Source: Podarcis vaucheri (taxonomy: Eukaryota). Taken from it: a stretch of 64,000 bases of DNA. This document shows, piece by piece, positions 1 through 12,210 of the stretch. Every line of letters starts with the position of its first letter. Positions within the stretch are counted from its first letter, which is position 1. A program made the translations under genes and the position numbers. The DNA is taken from NCBI GenBank assembly GCA_965113315.1, contig OZ220369.1, one strand, 5' to 3'. The notes under the pieces are model-generated. The model was not told the DNA's origin and made no database searches. It saw only the letters and a list, made by a program, of their open reading frames with translations.

Positions 1-32
1 ATACATGGCAAACTGCACCTGGAACTTGCAGA

Positions 33-204
33 TCTTGCCTTATACAGAGTTGGACCCTTGGTCCATTTATCTCAGTATGGTCTACACTGACTGGCAGCAA
101 TGGCTCTCCAGGGTTTCAGTCATTCCTGGAGATGCCAGGGTTTTGAACCTGGGGTCTTCTGCATGCAGCTCTACCTGGGCTTTACCACTGAGCTATGACC
201 CTTC
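33..204 (-). mobile_element. tRNA-derived SINE with CR1-like tail, degenerate
   Basis: Reverse complement has a tRNA-like head (TAGCTCAGTGGTA A-box, GGTTCAAAACC B-box-like), then a body containing GCTGCCAGTCAGTGTAGAC and a GGACCAAGGGTCC...TATAAGGC tail. Homologous to 53837-54121 and 18420-18517. Confidence 0.8.
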
Positions 205-317
205 TCCATGGATGTGACTTCCATGTAAACAATTTACATTGGGGTGAATCTGGCCAAAGAAAATTAGCACTTCTGGAAGAAGGAAGTGGTGCTGCTCTTG
301 AAGCAAACCCTGCACTG

Positions 318-723
318 GAGGGATTGAATGATCTGTCCACTTCAGTTCTTCTCCCTGTTTTCCATTTTTCCATTCTTAAATTCTCCACATTTCTCAGCAA
401 ATCAAAAAAATTGTTTTAAAAACATCCTCATGAAAGTTCTTCAGCATTTCATTGTGAATTTCTACTAATTTTGCATTTTTGCATGCATTTTTGACTAACG
501 TGCATTTTTATATTATTTTTGCTAATGCATTTACTTTTAAGCATGCTTTCTCCTCAACTATGCAATTTTGTAAACACAGGTTGGGGGAGAGCTGCACTGC
601 AAAAATTCAGAGAGGTGTGAATTTCAATGGTTGGTTGTGTTTTGGTTCTCATATTATTTCAGAAACTTGAAATATAATAGATTCACCTTGAAATGTCAAA
701 TTCCAACCCCCTCCTTATCCCTC
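318..723. mobile_element. Non-autonomous DNA transposon (hAT-like termini), AT-rich family
   Basis: Inverted termini GAGGGAT...ATCCCTC. Internal similarity to 3455-3853 and, in the opposite orientation, to 40215-40348. Confidence 0.65.
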
Positions 724-2289
724 ACTCTCAAAGTGTTAATTGGGTAGATTTCCCAGGCACTGTATGCACAAACCTCCTCCCCTAAATGGGACCTCTGCAA
801 AATTAGACCTCTGTTTCAAATGGTGCTGTGCTGGACAAGAATGGAAACCATCAAGTGTCTCATGAGAATGACCTCCCATTTAAGCTGCCCACATTTCCCA
901 TTTAGATGTTAAAAAGTGTTAAGAGGAGAAAATACTTTTTTAATTTTTAAAAGCAAGATAAGCTCTTTTAATGTACTCTCTTAACTATTTAGCTCCTGGT
1001 GCCACTTTTTGATTGCTTCTTAGAGGAATTTCCAAAGAACATGATCCTGGATTGACCACCTTCTGCTTGATAGTGGTGTGGACAGAAGTGCAGAAATTGC
1101 AGGTGGGATTATGTGGACAGAATGTTGTCCAAGAAAGGTGTGCTGGAGTAAACTCATGGCATGCAGTTTGCAAAATGAGGGCAGGTGGGAGCATGATCCA
1201 GGAAGCAGTAAACAAAAACACTAATTTTCTCTTCTGCAACACAATTTCCAGCAACCACATCCCTCTGTACACCTCCCACACATATCTTGCTTTCTCATTG
1301 CATCACATGGAGGTTTCGGAGAGGGTGGCATGGGCAGGCAAATTCATTATGGCTTTTGCCTTCCATCAAGGGTTTTTTTTTTTTTTTTTTACTGTTCTGA
1401 AGCATTTCTGAGCTGCGCAAACATTTCCAAGCCCTTTCTTTTTCTTTCTTGGGGGTGGAAGTTTTATTGGCATTCATGGGTGGATAGAGACCTGCAGATC
1501 AATAGACACATGCTATCCAGGTAGTCAGAGAGAGATGTACACCTACAGGATATACTGTATATCACACATCCCTTAAAGATGAGCTGCACTGCTTTTTAAA
1601 TAATAGATGCTTGAGAAGCCAGATTATTAACTGGAGATGTGTGCATAGATTTCAAAATCCATCCCTACAACACCTTTTAAGGGAGGCCAGTCAGAGCTGC
1701 TCCCAGTCACCTGTGGAGATTTTCATGCTAGGCTGGAGGGGGCACAGAAGAAGGCCTAGCCTGATGCAAGTGAGTGAGGAAGGGCCTTGCAAAAAAAAGC
1801 GGCTGAAGAGAAAAGAGGGCAAGCACTTTGACAGGTTTTTAAAAACAACAATAACAGAATATTGTCCCTTGGGGGGAAATCATATATCAAAACCTATATC
1901 AGGAATAAAGAACTATCTGCACAGCTGCTTTCACCCTGAATTTGGCCTCTGACCCTGATTCTGCAATGACTTACAGCTCCTCCTCCAGTAGCAAAATTAA
2001 GCAGACATCTCTTTACAAATAGTGCCTGCTACATGCATTTCACGCCACATTTTGACTCTGCTTAGAGGGAAAATCCAGGCTAAAGTCAATATTCCTTTTG
2101 TATCCCCTCTTTCTTCTACTCAGTATGTTTGTGCCAGTTGCACCCATCCCAGGCACTGACAAGACCCACACCTGCTTGGCTTTGGCCAAGACAAGAGGTT
2201 GCATCCTGTGCCTTCAGGCCCCCCAACACTTTTTTAGCATGGGGATTTCTACTTTCTCTTAAGTGTCCTCTTCATGGCTGAAGGGAAAG

Positions 2290-2620
2290 CAGAGATGCTG
2301 GGAAGGTCTCCGATCTGAGGCCACCACCTTCTTTGCAAGACCGTTGATCTGCAAATGCCGCTTTGCTGCAATGACAACAGATCCATAATCAATTCTTACC
2401 CACTACCCAGGTTTTTGGTGGTCGTCCCAAGGCCTGGAGTGCTGGCTAAGGGGTAAATATTTGACCACGGCCATAGTGACCCTGCATTAATTAGCAGGGA
2501 ATTTCAGGGCTTTACCTCTGATGGAATCACAATATTGTTTTTACAAGTTTATGAAGGCTTGATTGATGTGAGGCCCACTGATTCTTTAAAGGATTAAATT
2601 GTATGTACAGGGCCTGCCTG
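2290..2620. promoter_or_regulatory. Candidate enhancer / conserved non-coding element
   Basis: Unique CpG-retaining sequence with TGATTGAT (PBX-HOX type), TTTATGA, GCATTAATTAGC and GTAAATA (forkhead) motifs. Conservation is inferred, not measured. Confidence 0.45.
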
Positions 2621-2757
2621 TCATTCCTTACGCAGGAACTGAAAAGAGAGGGAATGAAATAAAACAAGAGGATATATGCCTTTTAAACATGCTGATGCTT
2701 CCAGTCTGACCAGGCTTTGGAAGACTTTGGGGCTGATGATGCTAAACCATGTGTCTA

Positions 2758-2964
2758 CAGTGGTTCCTCCGGTTACATACTTAATTCGTTCCGGAGGTCC
2801 GTTCTTAACCTGAAGCTTGAGCTAATTTGGCCTCCCGCTGCTGCTGCACCGCTGCTGCCACGCAATTTCTGTTCTCGTCCTGAAGCAAAGTTCTTAACCT
2901 GAGGTACTATTTCTGGGTTAGCGGAGTCTGTAACCTGAAGCGTATGTAACCCAAGGTACCACTG
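2758..2964. mobile_element. Tc1/mariner (Tigger/pogo-like) MITE
   Basis: 23-bp TIRs CAGTGGTTCCTCCGGTTACATAC / GTATGTAACCCAAGGTACCACTG (20/23 match), flanked by TA at 2756-57 and 2965-66. Confidence 0.92.
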
Positions 2965-3454
2965 TACTTTTCTTATTTCTATATGGGACTGCCTCTTAGG
3001 CATTTGGGATTGATTGAGGAATTTCACATATTTTTCCAGCCTTGGGGAACAGCTGTTTTGGGTGTCATATGGCGAAGTGGTGACAGAGTGCACTTATCAG
3101 GAGCCCACCCACTCCATCTGGACAGCAACATCGTTTTCAGGAGTGCCAGAGAAACAGCCACACCTGGCCCAAGAGGTACTCTGGTGGGACACCTTGCAAC
3201 CACACACAAGGGGCTGAGGCCAAGCTTGGTGTTTCAAGATGTGTCACTTTCGGCCCCTAGAGGTGCAGCCCTGTCCAGACCTACTTGGGATTAATGCAGA
3301 GAGTCTTGCTTCCAACTAAGCAAGCCTAGGATTAGGCTGCACCACAGACTTTGTAGAACTCTTCCCACCCCACAACATGAAAGAACATGGGAGATAGGGT
3401 TCTCTTGCACTGAGCTCCATGTGCCTCACCTGACACTACCCCAGAGGGTATCAT

Positions 3455-3853
3455 TGGGGGTGAGCAAATCTGTCAACTTCCATTTTTTTCATTTTTCCAA
3501 CCTTTAGTTCTTCGCATCAATTGGTGATTTATTTATTTTTTAAAGAAAACAAAAATTTTCTTCAGTGAAAATTCTCGTTTTCTCATCAGGATTTTGGGAA
3601 GAATTTCTCCTGGTATGTGTATATTTTGCCTAATATACACATGTGTGCAAAGCAATTTTCTCTAATATAATGCATTTGTGTGCAGACTTCTCCCAAGTTG
3701 CATACATGACTTGGCTGCAAGGCAGCATTGCAAAATCTGGAGATTTGTGAATTTCAAAGGATGGCTGCATTTCAGGTGCTGCATTGTGTCAGAAAGTGCA
3801 GATTAAGTGGGTTTGCCTTTAAATGCAAACTGAATTTAATTTCCTACCCCCTA
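3455..3853. mobile_element. Non-autonomous DNA transposon, same family as 318-723
   Basis: Termini TGGGGG...CCCCTA with flanking direct repeat GTATCAT/GTATCAG. Internal homology to 318-723. Confidence 0.7.
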
Positions 3854-4139
3854 GTATCAGAAGAGATTGTTTCAGTGCAACCGCCAGAAATGTCTCAAAA
3901 TTTCTCATCCTGCTTCTATGATGCACCCCCCCCCAGCTCTCTCCTCCTTTCTCCCTGTGCTGCTGATGCCTTCCCTTCTTTCCTCCTCCAGTCTCCTTTA
4001 CCAGGCAAATCCATCCAAAGCTGAAGGAGCCACTGGAGGGGGCTGATTGGAGGTGGGAGAGCAGAAAGGGGCATCTTCTCTCCCCTTTCTATCCATGGGG
4101 CAAATGCTGTAGTTCAGTTGGTTCCCCCCACCCTGGACC

Positions 4140-4400
4140 TTTAGGCTTTAAAAACTATAATTTCCCCGTAAACCTGTTAAGTTGAAAAATGGCCTGTTCC
4201 TATAGAGTCCACGGCGCATAATGAATCAACCCCAATAAAAACCTAAAAGGCACAATAAAAGGAAAGCAAAACTCAGCGTGGTCCCTGCCGGAGCACTTGG
4301 CACTTGCCTCCCCCTAAGTAGCTGTTTAAAATGTACGCCCGTCCAGGGCGAGAATTACAGTGGCTTGGATTTACGGTTGCCAGGGCGCCTGCTTGGGAGC
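4140..4400. promoter_or_regulatory. Candidate enhancer / CNE
   Basis: Unique CpG-retaining block with two CAATAAAA (HOX13-type) sites, GGATTTACG and CATAATGAAT. Confidence 0.4.
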
Positions 4401-5940
4401 ATGAGATATGGCCAGGGGTCCCCACCCGTGCCAGGGGTGAGCTCCCCCTGACTCAGGGGCAAGGGGGGTGGGTGGGAGCTGAATGTGCCTTTAAAAGCCA
4501 CTGGGGGAGAAGGGTTTGTAATAGAACAGCAAGCACATCGCTATCATGGCCTGACATTTCACCCCAAACCTGTCAGAGGGAAAGGAGATGGAGACTCTGA
4601 ACTGCAAGCAGGGAGAAGCGAACTTTCCAGAAGCCCCACATTTTTGGAAAGCAACAATGAGGGCAGGATCACACTGCTTCCATTAGGCAGCCCAGCTCTC
4701 TTCGCATTTGCCGCTCTTTCTGAGCTGTACGGTGGAGCTTATTTGGGGACACACACTGCAAAAACATATTTTCCATCAGGCCCTTCACTTTTACTTATCT
4801 GTAGCCTTTTTGCATGCGTGGGATGTTTAATTTGAGGGTGGTTTTTTAAAAAATAGAATTGTGTTTTACTCTTTTTTTTAACACTATTTTCATGTATGTA
4901 TGTGTTTGCTAAAATTATTGTAAGTTCCTTTGAGTTGCTGTGGCAAATTAGTGACTAATAAGTTTAATAAATAAAATAACAATAATTTAGAAAGATGTGT
5001 ATAGCACCCAGAAACCTCTAGTTAGTGCATGAACAGCAGGCTGTGCTTTTTTGCTGCCCATTCCTGCAGCTGAGGGATAGCAGTGATCACCATTATCATT
5101 ATGATGATGATCAGTGCACAATTGTAGAAGGAACATGGGAAAACCTGACACAGGAATGATTAAAAAGTAGCAAGATATGCATGACTTCTTCGTCACCAAC
5201 ACAGAATGCGACAGCCAAGAAAATCTTGGTACAGGTATGCTGAAGGAGAGGAAGAATCCCTTCCATGGTCACAGGACAAAAGAATGTTATGTTCAAAAGA
5301 GCTAGCAGGGCAAGTGGACAGGGATGTGGCCTGGCAGGGAGGAGAGGAGTTCAAGGGCAGAGTTTAGTTGAAACTCTGGTTGCAGTGTTCTCTATTTGCA
5401 CATTGTAAACTGCCTTGCCCCTTAGGGAACACCAGATCATCATCATAAATAATAATATTTAATAAAAATAACTAGTACTGTATCACACACTCTGGAATAT
5501 ACCTGTAATGGAGAGGATTACACATAATTTAAGATTTCAACAAGGCCTAAAACCTCCAGACACATTTTATATGATTTGGCATTCCTTTATTATATAGCCA
5601 TCATTTTCAACCCTTGTCACCAGCTTGGCAAATCTGGAACTATACTTGATAATCAAATAATGTTGATAGTCTTTTCATGAAGACAACATTTATTCTCACT
5701 TTTTTTCTTTTATGACTTGGACTTTATTTTAACTCACATGTATCTGTGCTTATTGTACATACCCATTTTACAGTTTTTTTCCATGTTTTAATTTTCCTCT
5801 GTTATAACTGTTCTCTGTGTTTTATATACATTGTAAAATGGAGGGGGGGAAACAGCAGCTACTAATAATAATTATTTCCTGGTGGGAGAAATGCTTTGCC
5901 AAAAGTGGTGTTTTTACCCTTAGATAAATTGTTGTTTGAT

Positions 5941-6244
5941 TTCACTTCCAGACAACCTGTTTACTGAGTGTTCATCCCGATTCATTTGCAGGGAGATTAA
6001 ATGAGGCTGGCTATTTAATTTGTTGCTTCTCGTTCATTTGTGGGGAGATTAGATGATGTTGCATCAAAGCAAGTGTTATTCCTGCATTTTCCAGTGTGTT
6101 TGCCTTTCATTTTCCTCCTTAAAAGTCAGGTCTTTGGGGAGGCTGATTTCTTGCACAAGACTTCCTGACCAACTGTAATAACGCAATCTGAATTTGCCAG
6201 TATGTGGTTGAATCGCACCTGAAAACAGTGACAGTCTGGAAGGA
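5941..6244. mobile_element. MITE (PIF/Harbinger-like), second copy at 50521-51015
   Basis: TIR core CTTCCAGAC...GTCTGGAAG. Colinear homology with 50521-51015 (TTAGATGATGTTGCATCAAAGCAAGTGTTAT, TTGCACAAGAC, ATTTGCCAGT). Confidence 0.75.
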
Positions 6245-6617
6245 CTGGATTGTCCTCATCAAGGAGGACAATTCTGTTGCTCCAGCCTGGGCTGCATTAA
6301 TGCAAATGGCTACTGTGCAGAAGGATGCAGGGCTTGTGCGTGAGGTGCTCCTTGCAGAGTGTGCCCTAGGCTGGTTTAGCTGCTTGTTGCTGCCATGGGT
6401 GCTGGCACTCAATGCCCTTTTCTGCAGGTTTTCACGCTAATCAGGTACCACCCTCCGCTAGCTTTATATGATGTTTAGGAAGGGAATTGCCTTTTGCATT
6501 GCAGCTGACCAGGGAAATAAGAGAATTTGCAGGAGAAGAGGAGGGAACCCCGCTGCAGACAGTATTCCCTCCTCTTATCTGTGTCTGAATTTCTGGGCTG
6601 AAGGCTGGCCATGGAAA

Positions 6618-6620
<3 letters not shown>

Positions 6621-6673
<53 letters not shown>
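6621..6673. repeat. (AG)n microsatellite
   Basis: About 26 perfect AG units. Confidence 0.98.
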
Positions 6674-6675
<2 letters not shown>

Positions 6676-9094
6676 TGGCAGAATCTGATGCATAAAGAGA
6701 AAGCAGAGGTTTACCATCCTGAAGAACAACAAGTGTCTTTATTGTTATGTTATTTGTGAAACCTTTGATGTGAGGTTGCTTGGTGGATGCAGTGTCAAAC
6801 TTTCCCCTTTTTCTGGCAGCCAGCTTCCCACCTGGTGCTGCTGCAAGGGGATGTTCTGGATTCCAAATGGCAACCAGTTAATGGTGTCAGTCAGCCGAGT
6901 TGCCAGCACAGCCGCTGCTAAGAGAGTCGGCTGGGCTGCCACTGTTCACCACATCAGGCTCCCTCTTTTTACTGTGGCGCATCTTCTTTTCTGTCTTTCT
7001 CCCTGTGAAGTGACCCCTTCAACCCTGGGCTTCTGCTGCAGCCAGCCGAGCTTTGGCCTGTTTGCCTTCTCATGAGCAGCCACCTCGCCTGTTAGACTAA
7101 GCTTGGGATGAAACTCCAGGGGGCTTGCCCTCGAGACCCCGTCCATTTCCCCCTCTAATCCTTTGTGCCGATTTGGAAATCTTGTGAACCTGCTGCGGAG
7201 CTGCCTTTATGGCAGGGGAAATATTGTTCCACGCAGTCCTCTTCGTTAGATCCTCACCAACACAGCTCCCAGTCCTCCCCCTGGGAAATCTTGACCAGGG
7301 ACAGGGGGCAGTTCTCTGCTTTCTCTAGATGAGAGGATAATTTTGACTTTATTCCCCCCCCCTTTTCTGAAATGGTGCTTGTAGTGAGATGCGAGGAATC
7401 CATGCACGTGGAAGCAGACTTTAATAACATTTAAAAGAGTAGGCTTGTAACAGTCAGCTTAAAATAGCCCTCAGCTGAATTTTTTTAAAAAAAATATTGA
7501 TAACCAAATATGCCGGGAACATTAGTTACCACCCCCAATTTAATAGATTTTCAAATACACACACACATATCATGGGAGAAATTGCTTCGCTTATGAATCC
7601 TGTTTTTATTTTGTACAATAATAGATTTGGCAAATTGTTCTTTCTACTCCTTTTCACTGTCTGATATTTAAGCATGTGTGTAAAAAATCACAAGTTTTTT
7701 TTAAAAAAATGCATTTATAATTGTTCAGAATTGCCAGTAACGTTTAATAACTATCAACAATTTCTTAATTGTTTCTTTAGAAAAGCCACCCTTCAGCATG
7801 TCAGTCTAAATAGCATCAAAAGAGGCTTTTAAAGAAATCACAAAAATTAAGCTGTTTAACATCTTTTTTCAGATAATACTGATTAGATTAGAGATAATTA
7901 TTCATCTTAATTTCACTAAAGGGAAAAAAAATTACTCCCTTCATTGCTTCTAAATGAAATTACAGATCAGTTTTTCCACAGACATTTCTTTAGAGGAAAA
8001 ACAAAGCATGCTTACAAATGCATTCAGAAAGGGAAGACAGACATTTATGTTTTCTCTTAGAATGTCCTTCGTTAAAATCTTCAAACTTTAAAATCCTGTT
8101 CTGATTCTTTTTCTGCTAGAAAACGCCTATATGAATGAGGAATGGCAGGTAGCTGCACTGTTAGGACTGGTAATATTAAAACATCGTATGGGCTTGCAAC
8201 ATGTTCTTCCAATTTCTTTCTTTTTTAAAATGTCTCCATATAGATATAAATATATAAAACCAAACCATTTAAAACTAATGGCAATTTCTGTCAATTTGCA
8301 TTTCTCCCATTAATAGAAAAATGCACTCTCCTGAAAATCGGAAAGAGTTTGGCCAGCGTAAGTACTTTAAAAAAGAGTTCTTAGTTGGGGCTTTTTGTCA
8401 CATTGTAAATATTTCAAATGAAGTCTTTTAACACCAGAGTGGATAAGGCAGAAAATGAACTCCCCCCACTTAAGAACAGAAGGAAGGCTGCCTGGCTGCC
8501 TGTCCGTCCATCCGCCTGCCTCCTCCCTTGCTCGCTTGCAAGCAGGAATCCAGAATACAGCTGAGAAGCCGTGGGTACTATTAGGAACATTAGAGATGTC
8601 ATTTTCCGCATTATTTTAATGGAAAGCTTACTTTTTGGTACAACAAGTCCTTTCTGACATGATATAAATGTTTTAAAATAAAAAGACATTGAAGGGATCA
8701 GAAAAACATTTTAGCCTTAATTATTCATAAATAGCTACCTCAACTCCATTTTCACAAAATGTCAGTTGACCAAGAAACATGCTTATTTTGCATGAGAAAA
8801 AAGAATATTTGTGCTGTAAAAGGATGCTAAATCAATGTATATTTAACTTAAAATGAAATTTGCAAATAAGAGACAACCGTCTATCACAGAAGTGCATTAG
8901 CTGGGCAGGGCAGGCCCGGCTGGTGCCGAGAAGCCAAGGTTAACCCTTTCGGAGGAGAATACCTGCAGGGCTTCCTAAAAGCTGCCTTGGGGGCAGGGCA
9001 TTTAGCAGCAAGAGCCTGAATGGCAACAGCAGTCTTGGGTTGTGCAGAACAGCCCCATCTGGCTGCAGAGTCCCTGCCTGATGAAGGGGGGGGG

Positions 9095-9150
9095 TAGAAT
9101 CAAGGGTCAACCAAGGGTCATCTAGTCCAACCCCCTGCAATGCAGGAATA
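9095..9150 (-). mobile_element. CR1-type 3' tail fragment
   Basis: GGGTCATCTAGTCCAACCCCCTGCAATGCAGGAAT is the reverse complement of the tail type seen at ~48985-49053. Confidence 0.65.
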
Positions 9151-9399
9151 GGTGCGATGGGATTCCTACGCATTTCCCGTGCCCAAGGAGTGCTTTGTTC
9201 TTGTTAACTCTGTCGATTAAGGGTAATAAAAGAAGAGTTCGAGGAGTTTACAGGCGGAATGAATGTTCTTCTCGTCCTGACACACACACAGCGCCCCCTC
9301 CTCCTCCCCACCCCCCACCCCCATCCATCTTGCGGTTTTTTTCCTCGGGACCTTCCGTGGCTGAAGTGCGTGTTTGTGTTTCCAGGTTCCGTTGGCAGA

Positions 9400-10300
9400 C
9401 CTAATTTCAGAATCCATAATGCATGATTTTGAAACCAATTTGTTATTGTAATAAAATAATTTTCGGGATGCAGGGAGGTCCTGGAGAGGCTGCTGTTCAA
9501 TTATACATGCACTGCGGCCCGGCGCCTGGGCTGCGCGCGACGCGCAGGTGGATCTCCCGGTGACCTTGGCACCGGCGAGGGGAGCCTGGAATAACAATCA
9601 AAGTCGGGGCTGGAATTCTGGCCCTTTCCAAATATTAACAACTTCTGTCAAAGAAAGCGCTGATTTCAGCACTTATGGTAATGGCAGAGGCATCGGGATC
9701 TCTCTTTCAGAGAACCTAGAAAGGGAAGAAGCCCCGATCTTAATAGGATTAAAAGCCAGGCTCTTTCCCCCCACCCCCTTTTATTTTAAAAATGCTAATT
9801 TGTTTTCCGCGTTTTGTCCTTTCTCTCTGGCTTTGTTCTTCAGGTCATCGCCAGCAACCCGATGAGCTGCCGGAAAGCAGCCCACAGGGAAGGCTTCTGT
9901 GAAAAGCCCCACAGCAGCGCCCCCCTGCTCCACGCCGCCGCCCCCCCCCCCAGGCTGTTGCAAGGAGAGGCGCAGGATCCTTCCTCCGCGCGCGCGGGCT
10001 GCTCCGCGGTTTGTTCCGCTCGCGAATCGGCGCGTTAATTAAAACAGCTTGGTCCGCCTGTGACCCATCTTAGAGAGAGATGAACTGATCTCGCCTCAGA
10101 AGTTGGGCTGTGAAATTCAAGAGTCGCCTCTTGGCACCTGCCCGTCCGTAATCTGCTTATCTGGCAGGATTTCCCGGGTGCTCCGCGGCTGCTGTCCGTG
10201 CAGAACGGGAAGGGGGGGGAGGCAGAGCAGGGACTCTTAATTCACCATGTAATTTGTTCGGAGATTCCTTTGATAGGTCTGAAAGTGGAAGCATCCTGCC
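9400..10300. promoter_or_regulatory. CpG-rich regulatory zone with CNE-like blocks
   Basis: Dense CpG (GCGCGCGACGCGC, CGCGCGCGCGGG) interleaved with AT-rich motif blocks (AACAATCAAAG Sox/TCF, GTTAATTAAA homeodomain). No credible ORF. Confidence 0.55.
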
Positions 10301-10984
10301 GAGGACCCAGGCCTTGCAAAGGCAAGCCACTTGGTTGCCTGCGCGGGGGGAAGCGGGGGAGGGTGTGTACGAGCTCCCCCCCCCAGCAGGGGACCCTCCC
10401 ATGAATAGCCATCCGCCATCAGCAGAGCTCTTCTGTGAGATGGCATCTTCATTGAATGAATGAGCCGCTTTAAACGTTACTTTTATTGTGGGGGTGGGAT
10501 GTTTGTCCTCAGCCCACCTCAACTGAATGTCTGGGGTGTCTGGGTGGGGGAGAACATGCATTTCGGTGCAAGCTATTTGTTGCATCTCAGTCCTGCCCAG
10601 GCTCTGAGCCTCCCCAGCTAACCAGCGGAGCAGCCACTCCCGCCCCCCACGGCCCTTCCAAAGGCACAAAGGAGGAACCGAAGGAAGACTGAGCTCCACA
10701 CAGCCAGGATGAGAAAGGATCAAAGGCAGAGAGGGATGTTTCTAATGCGTGTTAGTTGAGTTGTAGACATGGTTTTCGAAGGAAAGGAACATAATGGAAT
10801 TTAGTTATCTCTTCCCAGCTCCACCCCTCAAAAAACAACAACCCTTTTCAGGCAGGGGTTCTCAGGATTCCAGGCACATTTTCCTGATTTCCAAAGGGGT
10901 GTGCTTTTTGGAAGCCATAACACATCCTGGGTTCCCATCCCCTTCATTTAATTTTTAGATGGTTTTCCTGATAGATGCACATTC

Positions 10985-10987
<3 letters not shown>

Positions 10988-11054
<67 letters not shown>
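10988..11054. repeat. Compound (TG)n(AG)n microsatellite
   Basis: Seen directly. Confidence 0.98.
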
Positions 11055-11057
<3 letters not shown>

Positions 11058-11144
11058 TGACCCTGGCCTTCCCTATATAAGCATATCTTTTTTTAAAAAA
11101 AATTGCATGCACTGTGGGGTGGGATGTGGGGTGTTTGCTTAGGG

Positions 11145-11395
11145 CATGGGCATGGGTCAGCAACCTTTTTCATCTTTGGTCCACAGTCCCTCAGACCATG
11201 TGTTGGGTCAGACTATATTTTGAAAAAAAATATGAATGAATTCCTGTGCCCCACAAATAACCCAGAGATGCATTTTAAATAAAAGCACACATTCTGCTCA
11301 TGTAAAAACACACTGATTCCCGGATCGTCCGCAGGCTGGATTGAGAAGATGATTGGACTGCATCTGGCCCCCTGGCCTTACGTTGCCTACCCTTG
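11145..11395. mobile_element. hAT (Charlie-like) MITE
   Basis: Termini CATGGG(CATGGG)TCAGCAAC...GTTGCCTACCCTTG. 8-bp TSD GCTTAGGG (11137-44) / TCTTAGGG (11396-403). Confidence 0.85.
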
Positions 11396-11849
11396 TCTTA
11401 GGGGGTGCTCATGCTTCCTGCCCACTGTGGGGAGCTCTGTTTCCAGGGCTTCCTCCCAGGTGTCACATGGATCAGGGCTGTGACATTGGTGTGGCGGCTT
11501 CTCAGCAGGGGGATAAACAGCAGCCCAACTATCTGGAAGGCAGCCGAAAGAAGGCGCCTGGGCCAGCCAAGGTGCCGCTGTTAGCAGAGGTCCCACTGCA
11601 GAGAACAGATACCGCAAAGGCTGTGATGAAGGTGTGGTTTTGCCAAAGGCCACCCTAGCAGCTCCAATGGTCTTTGTGTTGCAAGCTCAAGGACCTCCTT
11701 TTTGGACCCCAAAACATTACCTGCTTACGCCAGGGAGGAGCTCTAGGTTGCACCTGTGTTGCCACTGGATTATGAATCAAGTGAATATCATTCTTCTTGA
11801 ACCCCTCACCTCTGTAGGAGGTCCATTCAAGAGCAATGAGTGTTCTGTA

Positions 11850-12210
11850 AAAGGCAGAGATTCATAACATCGAGAGTGACTTTGAACACCATGTTATGAC
11901 ATTTCGAGATTATTAGCTTGATTTCGTAACATTCCTCTGCAGTCTTCATGTACTTTGTCTCCTCCCCAACCCCCCAAGGTACCCAAGGCTGCTTGGTATT
12001 TTGCCGCAGAAATGCATCCAAAGGCTTTACAGCATCTCCGCCGTCTGCAGGAAGGATTTTCCACTTATCTGCCTGCAATGGTGTAGCAGCTTTGCTAGGG
12101 GGTGGATTCTGAAGTATCACTTAACATCAATCCATTTCCTCGAGATTCTTGATAACATGGTTTGTATTTCACCACTAATAAATAGGCCTGCAGGAATGTC
12201 AAACAGGAGC
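11850..12210. promoter_or_regulatory. Candidate CNE pair
   Basis: Unique non-repetitive sequence retaining CpG, with CATCAATC (PBX-type), TGTCAAACA and GATAAC motifs. Confidence 0.35.

Noticed and set aside
130-204. tRNA-like sequence (also 53845-53905)
   Set aside because: Degenerate SINE heads with no intact cloverleaf, continuous with SINE body sequence.
6204-6440. Protein-looking 78-aa ORF
   Set aside because: Begins inside the MITE at 5941-6244 and no homology is recognised.
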